DNA of 64,000 nt from a virus (IMGVR_UViG_3300028030_000010:1-64000); one strand, 5' to 3'; counted from the first letter of the stretch, positions 1-10,326 are shown. Translations and numbers: made by a program. The notes: a model not told the origin generated them from the sequence alone.

Positions 1-1
1 C

Positions 2-1237
2 ACAATTGATGCTACCGAAGAATCAATAAGCTATTATACTGATAGTATAAAAAATAATATTTACTATTTTGTTAGTATTTTAACAAGCCAAGATATAGGT
101 GGTTTTGATATGGAAATAGTTTTTAAAATTGATTCTAATTTGGAATATATAGGTTCTGAAATTGTTCAATGTGACTTTTCTTATACAAACAATTTTGTTT
201 CTAATAATGTTTTTATGTTAGGAGAATTTAAATACAAAACTCAACAAAATATTCTTTCTTCTATGTATAGATTATGTGATTTTAAATATACAAAAGTTTT
301 ATCTTTGATTAAAGGAATACTTTCTGCATATAGCCACAGTTTTACTCTAAATAAAGGAATTGAATCTATAGGGGGACATATTGATAAGTGGGCAACCACA
401 TGGATGCAATTATTTATTCCTACAGCTGCTGACATATCGGATATATCTATAAAAGTGTTTGAGTTAATACCTTCTTCTACTGAATGGACTTTAGATATCC
501 CTTTAGAATATAGATATGTTAATGATAAGTTGCAAGGTTTTTCAAAACCTATACCTAAAAAAGCAGATCCGAAAATACCTTCTATTTCACTTAAAGAAAT
601 AGAGGCAGACCCATTATACACAACAAAAACAAAAATTCCGAAAGAAGAACTTTGTAAAGAGTTTTACAAAATGTTAGACAATGACGGATTTACATATGAG
701 ATAGAATCAGATGATAAGCTATTAATAGGAAATTATGTTTACAAAATAAAAAAAGATTTTTATGGCGGAGACATTAAAGAAGTAGCATCTTCATTTGTTA
801 AAAACAGATATGCTTCTGATATAGATATCTTCAAAAACACGTTAATAGAAATATTAGAAGCCAAAACACAAGAACCTATAGATGAAAACTTTACTATTGA
901 CAAATTTGAATTAACTGCTAAAGATTTTAATAATCAAATATCAGAGGAAGCACTTGAAGCTATTCAAAACCAAATAGATGCAGCTCAACAAGAAGCACTT
1001 CAAGAACAAGAGAAAAAATCTGTTAGAATGTCGATAGATGAATATATAGCTCAACATCCAGAAATGGAAGCAGAAATAAAACAATATATAGATGACCTTA
1101 ACATGTTGGCAGATGCATACGTTTGGGAAGGCAATCCAGCAAGAACACCTATCGATGGAAAGTTATTTAAAAAAGTAAAGATGTCTCAAATAATGGAGAT
1201 AAAACCTCGAACTATACAAAAGGAAGAAGATGTTTAA
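2..1237 (+). CDS. Hypothetical protein, 5'-truncated (frame is open from position 2, upstream of the ATG at 110)
   Basis: Frame of ORF 110..1237 has no stop back to the window start; acidic/Gln-rich C-terminal part. Confidence 0.7.
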   Translation, partial: TIDATEESISYYTDSIKNNIYYFVSILTSQDIGGFDMEIVFKIDSNLEYIGSEIVQCDFSYTNNFVSNNVFMLGEFKYKTQQNILSSMYRLCDFKYTKVLSLIKGILSAYSHSFTLNKGIESIGGHIDKWATTWMQLFIPTAADISDISIKVFELIPSSTEWTLDIPLEYRYVNDKLQGFSKPIPKKADPKIPSISLKEIEADPLYTTKTKIPKEELCKEFYKMLDNDGFTYEIESDDKLLIGNYVYKIKKDFYGGDIKEVASSFVKNRYASDIDIFKNTLIEILEAKTQEPIDENFTIDKFELTAKDFNNQISEEALEAIQNQIDAAQQEALQEQEKKSVRMSIDEYIAQHPEMEAEIKQYIDDLNMLADAYVWEGNPARTPIDGKLFKKVKMSQIMEIKPRTIQKEEDV

Positions 1238-2027
1238 AAGAGTTGGAAATACTCTCGTTGTAGGAAATTCGTCAGTCCCTTTATTGGATGGGTCACATGA
1301 TATTTTTTTAGACAAAAATACATTGGCTGTTTCATTAGATGTTGAAAATCCTCCAGACAATTTAAAAAAAATAGCAACATATGATTTTAATGAAGAAAAA
1401 AATGAATTAACAATCACAAAAAACACTTTTGATTTTGAAAACAAAAAACCAAAGCTATATCTTTTTGCAAGGAGTATGACTAATAATATTAGAGTTCATA
1501 ACAATGCATTATATAATGAAGGCTCTGATTTTCCTGTCTCAGGATATATAGAAGGAATTCCTATAGATTTTAACTATACTAGCTTTTTTATGTCTACTAT
1601 GGCAATGGCAACTTATCCTTGGATAGGGGGAAGGAGTTGCTTTAAAACATTATTATTTGGTTCTATAAACAGCAATCCACCTAGATATACCGCTAAACCT
1701 ATGACATATTGTGCTGAATTTGACCCTAAATTTTGGATTATATTACAGTTTTCAGTAAGTGCAGTAGGATTGGTGTTAAATCCTGTTTCTTACGAGCTTT
1801 CTTTAGATTCTCAAAATTTGGCCTTTAATAGATGGTCGTTAATGTTTTCTTTTTACAATTTTAGAAGATATTCAGAAATTGTTATAAACAAAGAAAATAT
1901 GTTTAGTATTAATTTTGAAAACAATGATGTGCAAGATTTTTCGCCTGTTACAGAACTAAGTAGCGGCAGTTCTTATTCTATACCAAATTTTAATACTAAG
2001 TTTTCAATGTTTAACTTAACACAATAA
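1230..2027 (+). CDS. Hypothetical protein
   Basis: 265 aa ORF overlapping the upstream stop; no recognised motif. Confidence 0.7.
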   Translation: MFKRVGNTLVVGNSSVPLLDGSHDIFLDKNTLAVSLDVENPPDNLKKIATYDFNEEKNELTITKNTFDFENKKPKLYLFARSMTNNIRVHNNALYNEGSDFPVSGYIEGIPIDFNYTSFFMSTMAMATYPWIGGRSCFKTLLFGSINSNPPRYTAKPMTYCAEFDPKFWIILQFSVSAVGLVLNPVSYELSLDSQNLAFNRWSLMFSFYNFRRYSEIVINKENMFSINFENNDVQDFSPVTELSSGSSYSIPNFNTKFSMFNLTQ

Positions 2028-2036
2028 AGGAGAATA

Positions 2037-3329
2037 ATGGCTACTTTATATATACAAGCAGTTAATCATAAGCTTTACACTAATAATTATTTTTCAAATT
2101 TATCAGATGAAGAAAAAGATAAGATTTACTATAAAGTTTCTGGTACAGAAAAGCCTACACTTAATTATAAACAATTTATAATTGAACAACCAAAGATAAG
2201 ACTTCAATTAACAGATTATTTATTTAATCTAATAAAAGATGAAATGTTTTACGAAAATTACCACAATATCGTATACAAAAAAGTTGAAAACAAGGAGTTT
2301 TATAAAAGAATTAAAAATATAAAGTATCAAAAAATTAGGTTTTATTTTGAAGATAGATGGATAACTTATTATTTTAATGTAAAAAGCAAACACAAAGTTA
2401 CAGAGTCAGATTTTCCAGTTGCTTTAGCCCTTTACGCTGCTTATCCAGCTAAAGGGGTGTTTAACTTTTTGTTGCAACCTTGTACTAAAGAAGGAGGTAA
2501 TGGGTTTGTTAAATGTTGGAGCGATATGTGGAAAATATGTGCTTTTATAGAGGGATTAGAAAGCGAAGAAGATTATTGTGATATGAGTGATACTACATGT
2601 TACGATCCTCCTTATAGATTAAAGTTTGAAAATTATTTTTATACTTTTCCAGGAGAAAATGACTATCTTTTAGAAGCTTACACAATAGATTACGATAAAG
2701 GTATATATAAAGATAAATCTTCTGAGTATTATATTGTAGACAGAGAAGGGGATTATTTTAAAAAGGGGACAACTAAACTATCAGACTTAAAAGAATTGGT
2801 TCTTAAACGTTTCAACGAATCGCCAGAGAGGATAGAATTGTATATGGATAAAAAAGTAAAAAGAAAAATAATTGCTTACAAAACAAGTAACACTTTTAAA
2901 ACATTTGAAGATATGTTTAAATATTTAGGGCGTTCGTGGATTGGGAGACATAATGCTTTTTTCTTACAGTGGAATCAATACATGAAATATTTTAACGAAT
3001 CTAGCGATGGATATTATTGCCCTCCTTCGTCTCCACAATACATAAGTGAAACAGTTTCACAAGAAGAGCCTGTTCTTTCGCCATATGTTGATGTTCGTTT
3101 TTCCCAAAAATCAAGTGACTCTTTAATACAAGAAACAATTGAAGGTTATGTAAAAAAAGAATACAATATATCCATCCTGCAAGATATTAAGATATTAACC
3201 ATGTTTGATTATTTAAAGTTTACAATAAGTACAGACAAATGGTTAGAGCTTCTTGACATTAACGCAAAAACATCTGAGATATTAAAAGAGCACCTAATTA
3301 TAAATCATCAAACATTAGATGGTTATTGA
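2037..3329 (+). CDS. Hypothetical protein (Tyr-rich, possibly structural)
   Basis: 430 aa ORF, AAGGAG RBS. Confidence 0.7.
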   Translation: MATLYIQAVNHKLYTNNYFSNLSDEEKDKIYYKVSGTEKPTLNYKQFIIEQPKIRLQLTDYLFNLIKDEMFYENYHNIVYKKVENKEFYKRIKNIKYQKIRFYFEDRWITYYFNVKSKHKVTESDFPVALALYAAYPAKGVFNFLLQPCTKEGGNGFVKCWSDMWKICAFIEGLESEEDYCDMSDTTCYDPPYRLKFENYFYTFPGENDYLLEAYTIDYDKGIYKDKSSEYYIVDREGDYFKKGTTKLSDLKELVLKRFNESPERIELYMDKKVKRKIIAYKTSNTFKTFEDMFKYLGRSWIGRHNAFFLQWNQYMKYFNESSDGYYCPPSSPQYISETVSQEEPVLSPYVDVRFSQKSSDSLIQETIEGYVKKEYNISILQDIKILTMFDYLKFTISTDKWLELLDINAKTSEILKEHLIINHQTLDGY

Positions 3330-3333
3330 AATT

Positions 3334-3342
3334 TGTTATAAT
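3334..3342 (+). promoter_or_regulatory. Extended -10 promoter TGTTATAAT
   Basis: Intergenic, followed within ~10 nt by AAAAAGGA RBS; same architecture recurs many times in the window. Confidence 0.7.
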
Positions 3343-3357
3343 TAGCTAAAAAAGGAT

Positions 3358-4404
3358 GTGATTATGTTTGACATTACAAATGACATGGATTTAAGTTTCT
3401 TATCTCAAGCATTGCATGATGCCCCAATAAAACCTGTAGAGTTAATAAAACAAGCAAATGTAAATATTGATTATTCTCAATTACCTAATGATATTTTTGC
3501 AGATCCTGTAGAAAAAAAATTTCCTATACATACTCCAGCAGATGCCGCTATTAGTGCACTTTATATTTATAAACAAGCATCAGAGGTAGACGAAGATGTT
3601 AAGCAAAGAGTAGCAAATGCATTAGAAGAATATGGATTAAAAGAGCTGGAGCCCTTATTAGAGGGTGAAAAAGAAATGGTGAAAATTGCAAGTGAAGAAC
3701 ACTTTCTTCTACCATCTAAATTAAAATTCCCAGCTTTAGATCCTGATATGTTACTTAAATCAGCTTCAGCTGCTGAAACATACTTCCATGTAATGCCTTT
3801 AAGCGATAAGGTAGAGCTTGCTACTAATTTGGTTAAAACAGCAGAAGAATTTAATATTGAACCTGAAAAGTTGCCAAAATGGGCTTTTGTGTATGGGCAA
3901 CATGCACCATGTAATTTAGAAAAGTTAGCCCATGAATTAGGTGTTAGATATGCTTATACAAAACATGAAGGCTATCAAGATCTCTTTCAAGAACTTAAAG
4001 GATTATTTAAAACAGCAGGAGAAATTAGTTTTGATGCTGGAACTAATAGAAGTATAGTTGCTAAATTGATAAAATTAGACAAACAAGCAAATATTTCTTA
4101 TGATGAGCTTCCTGATCCTTTTATTATTGTATTTAATGAAATTGACGCTCAACCAGAAGAAATATCAAAAACAGCTTCTGACGAGTTAGTAACAATTGGG
4201 GGAGTTGATTTTTATAAAGACGATTTAGCTGAGTTAATAATGAGCTCAGATGGTCCTGCTATTATTGGTGAAGATTTATATAAGGCAGCTGAAGAACATT
4301 ATAATGTTTTAGATGCAGATGCTGTGATTTCAGAGTTACAATCTTTACCTAAAGAGGCACAAGAATTAATAGCTGAATATTTAGTTCAGTACATAAATGA
4401 GTAA
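3358..4404 (+). CDS. Putative head/internal virion protein with many K-x-A motifs and an internally duplicated F-x-x-P-x3-KFP segment
   Basis: LIKQAN, IYKQAS, MVKIAS, LLKSAS, LVKTAE, LEKLAH, LFKTAG, LDKQAN, ISKTAS, LYKAAE, LPKEAQ; repeats IFADPVEKKFP and HFLLPSKLKFP. Confidence 0.55.
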   Translation: MIMFDITNDMDLSFLSQALHDAPIKPVELIKQANVNIDYSQLPNDIFADPVEKKFPIHTPADAAISALYIYKQASEVDEDVKQRVANALEEYGLKELEPLLEGEKEMVKIASEEHFLLPSKLKFPALDPDMLLKSASAAETYFHVMPLSDKVELATNLVKTAEEFNIEPEKLPKWAFVYGQHAPCNLEKLAHELGVRYAYTKHEGYQDLFQELKGLFKTAGEISFDAGTNRSIVAKLIKLDKQANISYDELPDPFIIVFNEIDAQPEEISKTASDELVTIGGVDFYKDDLAELIMSSDGPAIIGEDLYKAAEEHYNVLDADAVISELQSLPKEAQELIAEYLVQYINE

Positions 4405-4928
4405 TGTCTAATATAAATATTATTTTTCCAAAGGAGAATGTTTTTTCTCCTGTTAACAATGTTGTTGTTTCTCAAAATGTTAACACTGATACAATTTATC
4501 TTCAGGTTGGAGAAAATATTATTACTCTTCAAACTAAAAAAGCAGATTATTTTATACCCGGTTTAGAGTATGCAGACATAAATGATTGTACAGATTTGGT
4601 AAGAAGCAGAAATATTGTAGATATTATATTGTTTGTAAACAAATTTGCTCCAAAAGGGATTATAGATAAGGGGAGTGGTCCTTTCAAATTTTCATATTCT
4701 AAAAAAGAATTGTTTGGGTTTGTCTATTCGTCTGAGTTGTTGGAAATAAACATCAAAATTTCAGGGGATTGTTTATTGATTTTGAATAATAAACTATTCT
4801 ATGAAAACGCTAAAGTTAGCATTCCAAAAAATATTTTCTTACCTATCAGAATGATATTTTGTAACGGAACAATTGAATTTGGTGTTAATCAGAATATTTT
4901 TTACCTTTTAAAGGAGAAAGATGAATAA
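4404..4928 (+). CDS. Hypothetical protein
   Basis: 174 aa ORF, TAATG coupling with the upstream gene. Confidence 0.7.
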   Translation: MSNINIIFPKENVFSPVNNVVVSQNVNTDTIYLQVGENIITLQTKKADYFIPGLEYADINDCTDLVRSRNIVDIILFVNKFAPKGIIDKGSGPFKFSYSKKELFGFVYSSELLEINIKISGDCLLILNNKLFYENAKVSIPKNIFLPIRMIFCNGTIEFGVNQNIFYLLKEKDE

Positions 4929-5667
4929 AGCGTCTAAAGAAATACTGCATTTTGCACATCAAGTAGATGATTTAAAAAATTATATTATGAGTAGAAAACT
5001 TGATGAAGAAACATATAAGATGGTGTTTTCAAATGAAAAAATTCAGGCTTTAATTTTGTATTATGTTTTTTTAAATTTAGCCAGAGAAGATGCTTTTAAA
5101 ATGGAGATAGAAACCATTGATAATTTGATTTCTCCATATTCTGAATATAATGCAGAAAGACTTAAAGCTATGACTTCAATTCTAAAAACTGAACAAGTTT
5201 TTACAAATCCTATAGCTTTTAACGCAATGATTGAATGTTTTAATGGTCATGAAATTACAGTTGGAACATTAGAACCTTACCCAGCATATGAAATAGCTTG
5301 GACTTGCGCTAATGTGTTGGGAATATGGGGAAGCGAAACTTTTGCGTTCAAAGGAAATGCTTTAAGGTATATCAGAGCGTGTCTTGATTGGGAATCTTGG
5401 GAATTGCCTCCAGTGTTTTTATCTTTTCCAGTTATATTAGACATGTATGAAACTAAAAAATTAGAAATGTATGCATCGATTATTAAATATATGCAAAATC
5501 TAACATTAAAAGAAATATCTGAATTAGCAAATGACAAAAATGCTATAAAAACTTTTGAAAAAACTCCTTTTTTACTAAATTATATGGTAAAATGTTCAAT
5601 GGAAAGCCTTGCCTTGGTGAGGCTTATCAATGAAACAAACCAACAATTAAAAACAATTTTTGAATGA
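4921..5667 (+). CDS. Hypothetical protein
   Basis: 248 aa ORF with AAGGAG RBS. Confidence 0.75.
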   Translation: MNKASKEILHFAHQVDDLKNYIMSRKLDEETYKMVFSNEKIQALILYYVFLNLAREDAFKMEIETIDNLISPYSEYNAERLKAMTSILKTEQVFTNPIAFNAMIECFNGHEITVGTLEPYPAYEIAWTCANVLGIWGSETFAFKGNALRYIRACLDWESWELPPVFLSFPVILDMYETKKLEMYASIIKYMQNLTLKEISELANDKNAIKTFEKTPFLLNYMVKCSMESLALVRLINETNQQLKTIFE

Positions 5668-6218
5668 AAGGATTGCAAATGTTTGGTGGAACTCTTTATG
5701 ATCTTTATAAAATGGCTGCAGAAGATAAAAGAGATTATTCTGGGGCAGAAGCTGCTGCAGGAGTAGGTTTAGCTGGTGCCGGAATTTATGGTGGAGTAAA
5801 AGCAAAACAAATGGCAGATAAACAAAAAAGAGCTGAAGGTGCTTTATATTTTGCTAAAAAAAGAAAAGCTGAATCAGAAAACGCTAAAGATATTAATGTT
5901 AAAAAATTAAAACAAGTAAATAATAGAATTAAAGAACTAGAAGATTACAAACCATCTTTATTTAGCGCTTTATTCCGTGATGCAACAGCAAATAAAGTTC
6001 GTGAATTAGAACAGTTAGGTGTAAAAAAATCTGAATTAGAAAAAGTTGTTGCTCATATGGAAGGAAGAGCAGCTTCTAGCGAAGAAAAAGCAAAAGCTCT
6101 TGAAGAGGTAGTTGGCAAAATTAAAAAAGGAAAAGGTGTTGCTGCAGCCGGAGGAGCTTTAGGTCTTCTAGGTGGTGGTGGTTTACTTTATGATGCATAC
6201 CACAAAAAAGACCAATAA
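5664..6218 (+). CDS. Putative internal virion/ejection protein: N-terminal K-x-A motif, two Gly-rich hydrophobic segments flanking a coiled coil
   Basis: LYKMAAE; AAAGVGLAGAGIYGG; AAAGGALGLLGGGGLLY; basic C-terminus. Confidence 0.55.
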   Translation: MKGLQMFGGTLYDLYKMAAEDKRDYSGAEAAAGVGLAGAGIYGGVKAKQMADKQKRAEGALYFAKKRKAESENAKDINVKKLKQVNNRIKELEDYKPSLFSALFRDATANKVRELEQLGVKKSELEKVVAHMEGRAASSEEKAKALEEVVGKIKKGKGVAAAGGALGLLGGGGLLYDAYHKKDQ

Positions 6219-6227
6219 GGAATAGAA

Positions 6228-6784
6228 ATGAGTCTTTTATTTAAAGTAGCTCAAAACCTTCATGAAGATTTCTCTTCTGAAGGTCTCTTGTATAAAATTG
6301 CAAAGAAAAAAAACAAAAAAGAAAAAAAGGGCCTGCTAAAAAGAGAAATATAGATACTCTTATTAGAGATATTGACACAGCGTATGTTTCAAATGCAGAA
6401 AAAGTTAAGGCTAACATGAGCTTTGGTTCAGAAACAAATGCTGTATGGCCTGGAGCGAGCACTACTACTACTACAAAAAGTTCAGCACCTAATTGGAGCG
6501 CAATGGGGCCTGGTTCTGCGTATAATTATGTAATACATGGCACTGAATGGGATGGAAAACTTCCTGGAAGTGAAACTCCTAAAACTTCAACAACTACTTC
6601 TGATGTTCCTAATTGGAGTGCAATGGGACCTGGTGATGAATACAAAGATACAAACAAGTTATTAGAACAACCATCATTCTTCAGTAAACACAAAGGTAAA
6701 CTTGCAGCTGGAGCATTAGGTTTAATTTTAGCTGGTTATGGTTATCATAGATATAGACAGAATAATCAACAACAGCAACAATAG
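6228..6784 (+). CDS. Frameshifted putative virion protein (start 6228, -1 shift in the A-rich tract 6303-6329 joins ORF 6416..6784)
   Basis: AAGGA RBS + ATG at 6228 gives MSLLFKVAQ...LYKIAKKK; the -1 frame is open from 6329 into 6416..6784; PNWSAMGPG x2; C-terminal hydrophobic Gly-rich segment. Confidence 0.6.
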
Positions 6785-6823
6785 TTATCTTCTTCTTTTT
6801 TTTAGATTCCCTTTTTCTTTTTT

Positions 6824-6832
6824 TGTTATAAT
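6824..6832 (+). promoter_or_regulatory. Extended -10 promoter TGTTATAAT upstream of terminase
   Basis: Preceded by T-tracts, followed by AAAAAGG RBS. Confidence 0.7.
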
Positions 6833-6849
6833 TTGTAAAAAAGGTTATT

Positions 6850-8472
6850 ATGTCTAACATAGCACATTTCGGTAGAACCATAACCAGATCGCAATTTGCG
6901 CAAGCTGTTTTGTGGTTAAAAGGCAAAAGATTCAATTTTGAGTTACATCAGCCTTTTAGAGAAATATACGACTGGCCTAAAAAAAATCTATTATTAAAAA
7001 CAGCTAGACAGGTTGGTAAATCTACTATGCTAGCTGCAACCCTTGTAACCGACTCTATGTTAGAGCCAAACAAAAGAACCTTTTATGCTACAACTTCTGA
7101 AAAACAAGCTAGGGAATTTGCTAGAGTTAAATTAAACGAATTTTTAGCTCGTTCACCTCTAGTTAGGAGATATTTATTAAACAAACATTCTTATGATGTA
7201 AAAGATAGTTTGTTTGACAAGAACTTTGCAAATGGTTCAGGAGTAACTATTTCTTATATGAAAGACAATGCTGATAGAACTAGGGGTTATTCTGCAGACA
7301 CTCTTATGTTAGATGAGATTCAAGATATGGACCCAAACGAAATACCTGTTGCATTAGAAATTTTATCAGCATCATTAGATCCTAGAAAATTATTTGCTGG
7401 TACACCTAAAACAATAGATAACCCAATTGAAATAATGTGGCAAAGATCTACTCAGCACGAAATATTTTTTAAATGTGAAAAATGTGGCAGTTGGAATGAT
7501 ATAGGGTATAAAAACATTGGTAAAAAAGGACCTATATGCTCTAAGTGCGGCGGATTATTAAATATGGAAAAATTTGTAATTATTCCTACCGCACCTGAAC
7601 CAGAAAAAGCCTTTTATGTTGGAGTAAGAGTTCCTCAGCCTGCATTAAAACTTCATTATGGTTTTGAAAACAAATGGAAAGATCTACTTCAAAAGTATGA
7701 AGAATATGATGAAGCCAAATTCAACAATGAGGTTCTTGGGATTTCGTTTTCTAAAGGTGCTCGTTTTATTACAGAAGAAGATATATTGGCTTGCTGTAGA
7801 CCAGGTGTGCACATTATAACTAATCCTGATAGGAACATTTTAAGAAGAAATTTTCAAACAATTGTTGCAGGAATAGACTGGAGTGGAGGAGGAATTGATT
7901 ACAATTCAAGAACTGTTTTAACTATATATGGAGAATTAAGAGGAGATGCTTCTTTTAGAGGAAGAGGAAGATTACAATTGCTTTATTATAAAATATACCC
8001 TCAGCAAGATTATATGATAACAATTAGGGATATTAAAAGGCAAATAGCATTATTTGGATGTCAGATTGTTGGAGCAGACGCTGGAGAAGGGGCTTTAAAC
8101 AATTCATATCTTGCAGATGCTTTTGGTCCACAAATGATTATACCTTTTAGATATGGTAAATTTGATAAAATCATTAAAAGAAGTCCTGATGGTTGGACAA
8201 TTTATTTAGACAAAACATCTGTTATAGATGATTTTTTTAAAGCTCTTAAACCAGGAAAAGTAGGTGATATTAATAGAGGAGGGAGGTTTATTTTTCCGTC
8301 TCCCGAAGAAATGAGAGAACCTATATTACATTTATTGTCAGAACACGAGCATATTACCAAAAATGGATACAGAATTTGGCAAAGAGGAACTCATCCAGAT
8401 GACTTCTTGCATGCTTCAGTATTTGCCTACAATGCCTTCAAGATATTAACAGGAGAATTTAAAGTTTACTAA
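6850..8472 (+). CDS. terL: Terminase large subunit
   Basis: Walker A TARQVGKST, Walker B LMLDE, motif III AGTP, CEKC...CSKC zinc-finger linker as in lambda gpA-type terminases, RNase H-like nuclease residues GIDW / DAG / DDFLHA. Confidence 0.93.
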   Translation: MSNIAHFGRTITRSQFAQAVLWLKGKRFNFELHQPFREIYDWPKKNLLLKTARQVGKSTMLAATLVTDSMLEPNKRTFYATTSEKQAREFARVKLNEFLARSPLVRRYLLNKHSYDVKDSLFDKNFANGSGVTISYMKDNADRTRGYSADTLMLDEIQDMDPNEIPVALEILSASLDPRKLFAGTPKTIDNPIEIMWQRSTQHEIFFKCEKCGSWNDIGYKNIGKKGPICSKCGGLLNMEKFVIIPTAPEPEKAFYVGVRVPQPALKLHYGFENKWKDLLQKYEEYDEAKFNNEVLGISFSKGARFITEEDILACCRPGVHIITNPDRNILRRNFQTIVAGIDWSGGGIDYNSRTVLTIYGELRGDASFRGRGRLQLLYYKIYPQQDYMITIRDIKRQIALFGCQIVGADAGEGALNNSYLADAFGPQMIIPFRYGKFDKIIKRSPDGWTIYLDKTSVIDDFFKALKPGKVGDINRGGRFIFPSPEEMREPILHLLSEHEHITKNGYRIWQRGTHPDDFLHASVFAYNAFKILTGEFKVY

Positions 8473-8477
8473 TTATT

Positions 8478-8486
8478 TGATATAAT
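8478..8486 (+). promoter_or_regulatory. Extended -10 promoter TGATATAAT
   Basis: Intergenic, followed by AAAAAAGGA RBS. Confidence 0.7.
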
Positions 8487-8506
8487 TAACCAAAAAAGGA
8501 TTTAGT

Positions 8507-8797
8507 ATGAAACAATACACAGTTGAACACATTGCTTCTCTATTGGAAAAAGCAGCTGCGGAAATTGAGCTTAAAGATGCAAAAATTAAAGAATTAGAAG
8601 AAAAATTAAATCAATTAGAATCTAACCAAATTAATCAAGGCTTTGATTTCATGGAAAAAAATGCCTCTTATAACTCTATAGATGAGGAGTTCGGTAACTT
8701 AGAGGACTGGGGAAGCTTAGGTGAACCTTCTAACGTAAAACTGCCTTCAACTGATGCTAAAAAAGCCTTAGAAGATTTTTTGAGCTCTTTAGCTTAA
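8507..8797 (+). CDS. Small coiled-coil protein, possible scaffolding protein
   Basis: Coiled coil, acidic, K-x-A motifs (LEKAAA, MEKNAS), C-terminal amphipathic helix, located upstream of capsid genes. Confidence 0.45.
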   Translation: MKQYTVEHIASLLEKAAAEIELKDAKIKELEEKLNQLESNQINQGFDFMEKNASYNSIDEEFGNLEDWGSLGEPSNVKLPSTDAKKALEDFLSSLA

Positions 8798-8918
8798 AAC
8801 CTCTTTTTTTCTTCTCTTTTTACCCCCTATATAAAGTGCCCGAATTATCGCATTTTTTTGATAATTTGATTTTTTTATATAAAATATAGCTGTTTAAAAC
8901 TTTAACAAAAGGATAGCT

Positions 8919-9308
8919 ATGAAAAATATCGACATTGTAAGAGGGTATAGAAGCTTCGGGCACGAAGATCTTTACACTAGCGACCCTAATGTTGCAGTTC
9001 AACCTGGTGACATCATCACTATGGATGGACAAAAGGCTACATTAACAGATACTCACATTGAATGTGGTGTAGCTGTAGAAAGCAATGTAAACCCTATGGG
9101 TCAACAAAAACCTTCTGGAAAAATTCCTGTATATGTTAGTAATTTTGTTGTTAGATTCTATCAACCAGCGCCTGATGGTGTAAATCTAAATGATCCTGTG
9201 ACTGTTGTTGATGGTAAAGTTGCACCTTTGGATGACACTCATAAAGTTGTTTGGGGATATGTGACTAGAATTACAGAAACATCTTTTGATGTTAGAGTAA
9301 ATTACTAA
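8919..9308 (+). CDS. Putative capsid decoration/cement protein
   Basis: 129 aa beta-rich protein directly upstream of the major capsid gene; highly-expressed codon usage. Confidence 0.55.
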   Translation: MKNIDIVRGYRSFGHEDLYTSDPNVAVQPGDIITMDGQKATLTDTHIECGVAVESNVNPMGQQKPSGKIPVYVSNFVVRFYQPAPDGVNLNDPVTVVDGKVAPLDDTHKVVWGYVTRITETSFDVRVNY

Positions 9309-9321
9309 AAAAGGATAGACA

Positions 9322-10260
9322 ATGAACATCAGAACTGAAGTTCCAACAATCAAAACTAATGCAGGACTTGTAAAAGCAGCAAGTGATGCTCAATTACTAA
9401 AGCAAGCAATGGATAACTCTACTTACTTCATTAGAGAAAGAGTAAGAGAGTTAGGATTTGCTAGAAAACTTATTGAACCTAAAATGGTAACACCGGCTGA
9501 CTTAGATAGAGTAAGCGGTTCAGAACAACCAGCAATCATCCTAGAAAAAGATATTGAAGCAACAGCGATGACTGTTCCATTCAGAGGACAAGGTGAAGCA
9601 AGATATTGGGAAAAAGAAAACCCAATTGTAGAATTCCAAAAAATTGAAACTGCAAAATTCCACAAATCAAAATTTGAGTTAATGAATTCTAAAACACCTT
9701 ACACAAAAATCTTAGAACAAAGATTTATCCAAGAAGCTCAAAAAGTTGAAGACGAAACTATGATTGAGGCTTTCAACAAAATCATCACAGATGCAAATGC
9801 TAAAGCTCCTGGAACTCAAGAGCAACATGTATCTGGAGGTCTAACAAAAGAAAACATTTCAATCCTTATCAAAATGTTAGCTAGACTAAGAATGATTCCT
9901 ACTGATCCTAAAGAAGGAAAACCTAAATTTCTTATGACTCAAACGTTAAAAGCAGACCTAGTAAATCTAGGAATGATTGAAATCGGTGATAAAAATGTTT
10001 CTAAAAACTGGGAAGAAGGCACTCTTGGTGTTGATAAACTTTTCGGTATCCCAGTTGTTACAACAATTAAAAACGATTTAGTAAAAGACAATGAAATGTA
10101 TATCGTTGCGCCACAAGACTACTTTGGTAGATTCTTTATTCTTCAAGATCACACTTTAGTAATCAAAACTGAAGCTGATATGATTGAAATGTGGACATAT
10201 GCAGCAATGGGGCTTGGACTAATCAATACTAAAGGTGTGTGCAGAATCGTGCTAGATTAA
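9322..10260 (+). CDS. Major capsid protein (HK97-like fold)
   Basis: 312 aa, position in head module, strong codon bias, HK97-like features (QKVEDET backbone helix, KLFGIPVVTT, terminal GLGL..KGV). Confidence 0.8.
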   Translation: MNIRTEVPTIKTNAGLVKAASDAQLLKQAMDNSTYFIRERVRELGFARKLIEPKMVTPADLDRVSGSEQPAIILEKDIEATAMTVPFRGQGEARYWEKENPIVEFQKIETAKFHKSKFELMNSKTPYTKILEQRFIQEAQKVEDETMIEAFNKIITDANAKAPGTQEQHVSGGLTKENISILIKMLARLRMIPTDPKEGKPKFLMTQTLKADLVNLGMIEIGDKNVSKNWEEGTLGVDKLFGIPVVTTIKNDLVKDNEMYIVAPQDYFGRFFILQDHTLVIKTEADMIEMWTYAAMGLGLINTKGVCRIVLD

Positions 10261-10277
10261 TTCTAGCTCTTTTCTTC

Positions 10278-10326
10278 CCTTTTTATAGTCTTATTGGATT
10301 AGTGATCTAATAAAACTGTAAAAAGG
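10278..10326 (+). promoter_or_regulatory. Long RNA hairpin occluding the RBS of the gene after the capsid gene
   Basis: 22 bp stem (three G-U pairs, one mismatch) whose 3' arm contains AAAAAGG. Confidence 0.65.

Noticed and set aside
3358-4404. Prohead protease call
   Set aside because: No convincing His/Ser catalytic motif recognised; left as a K-x-A-rich head protein
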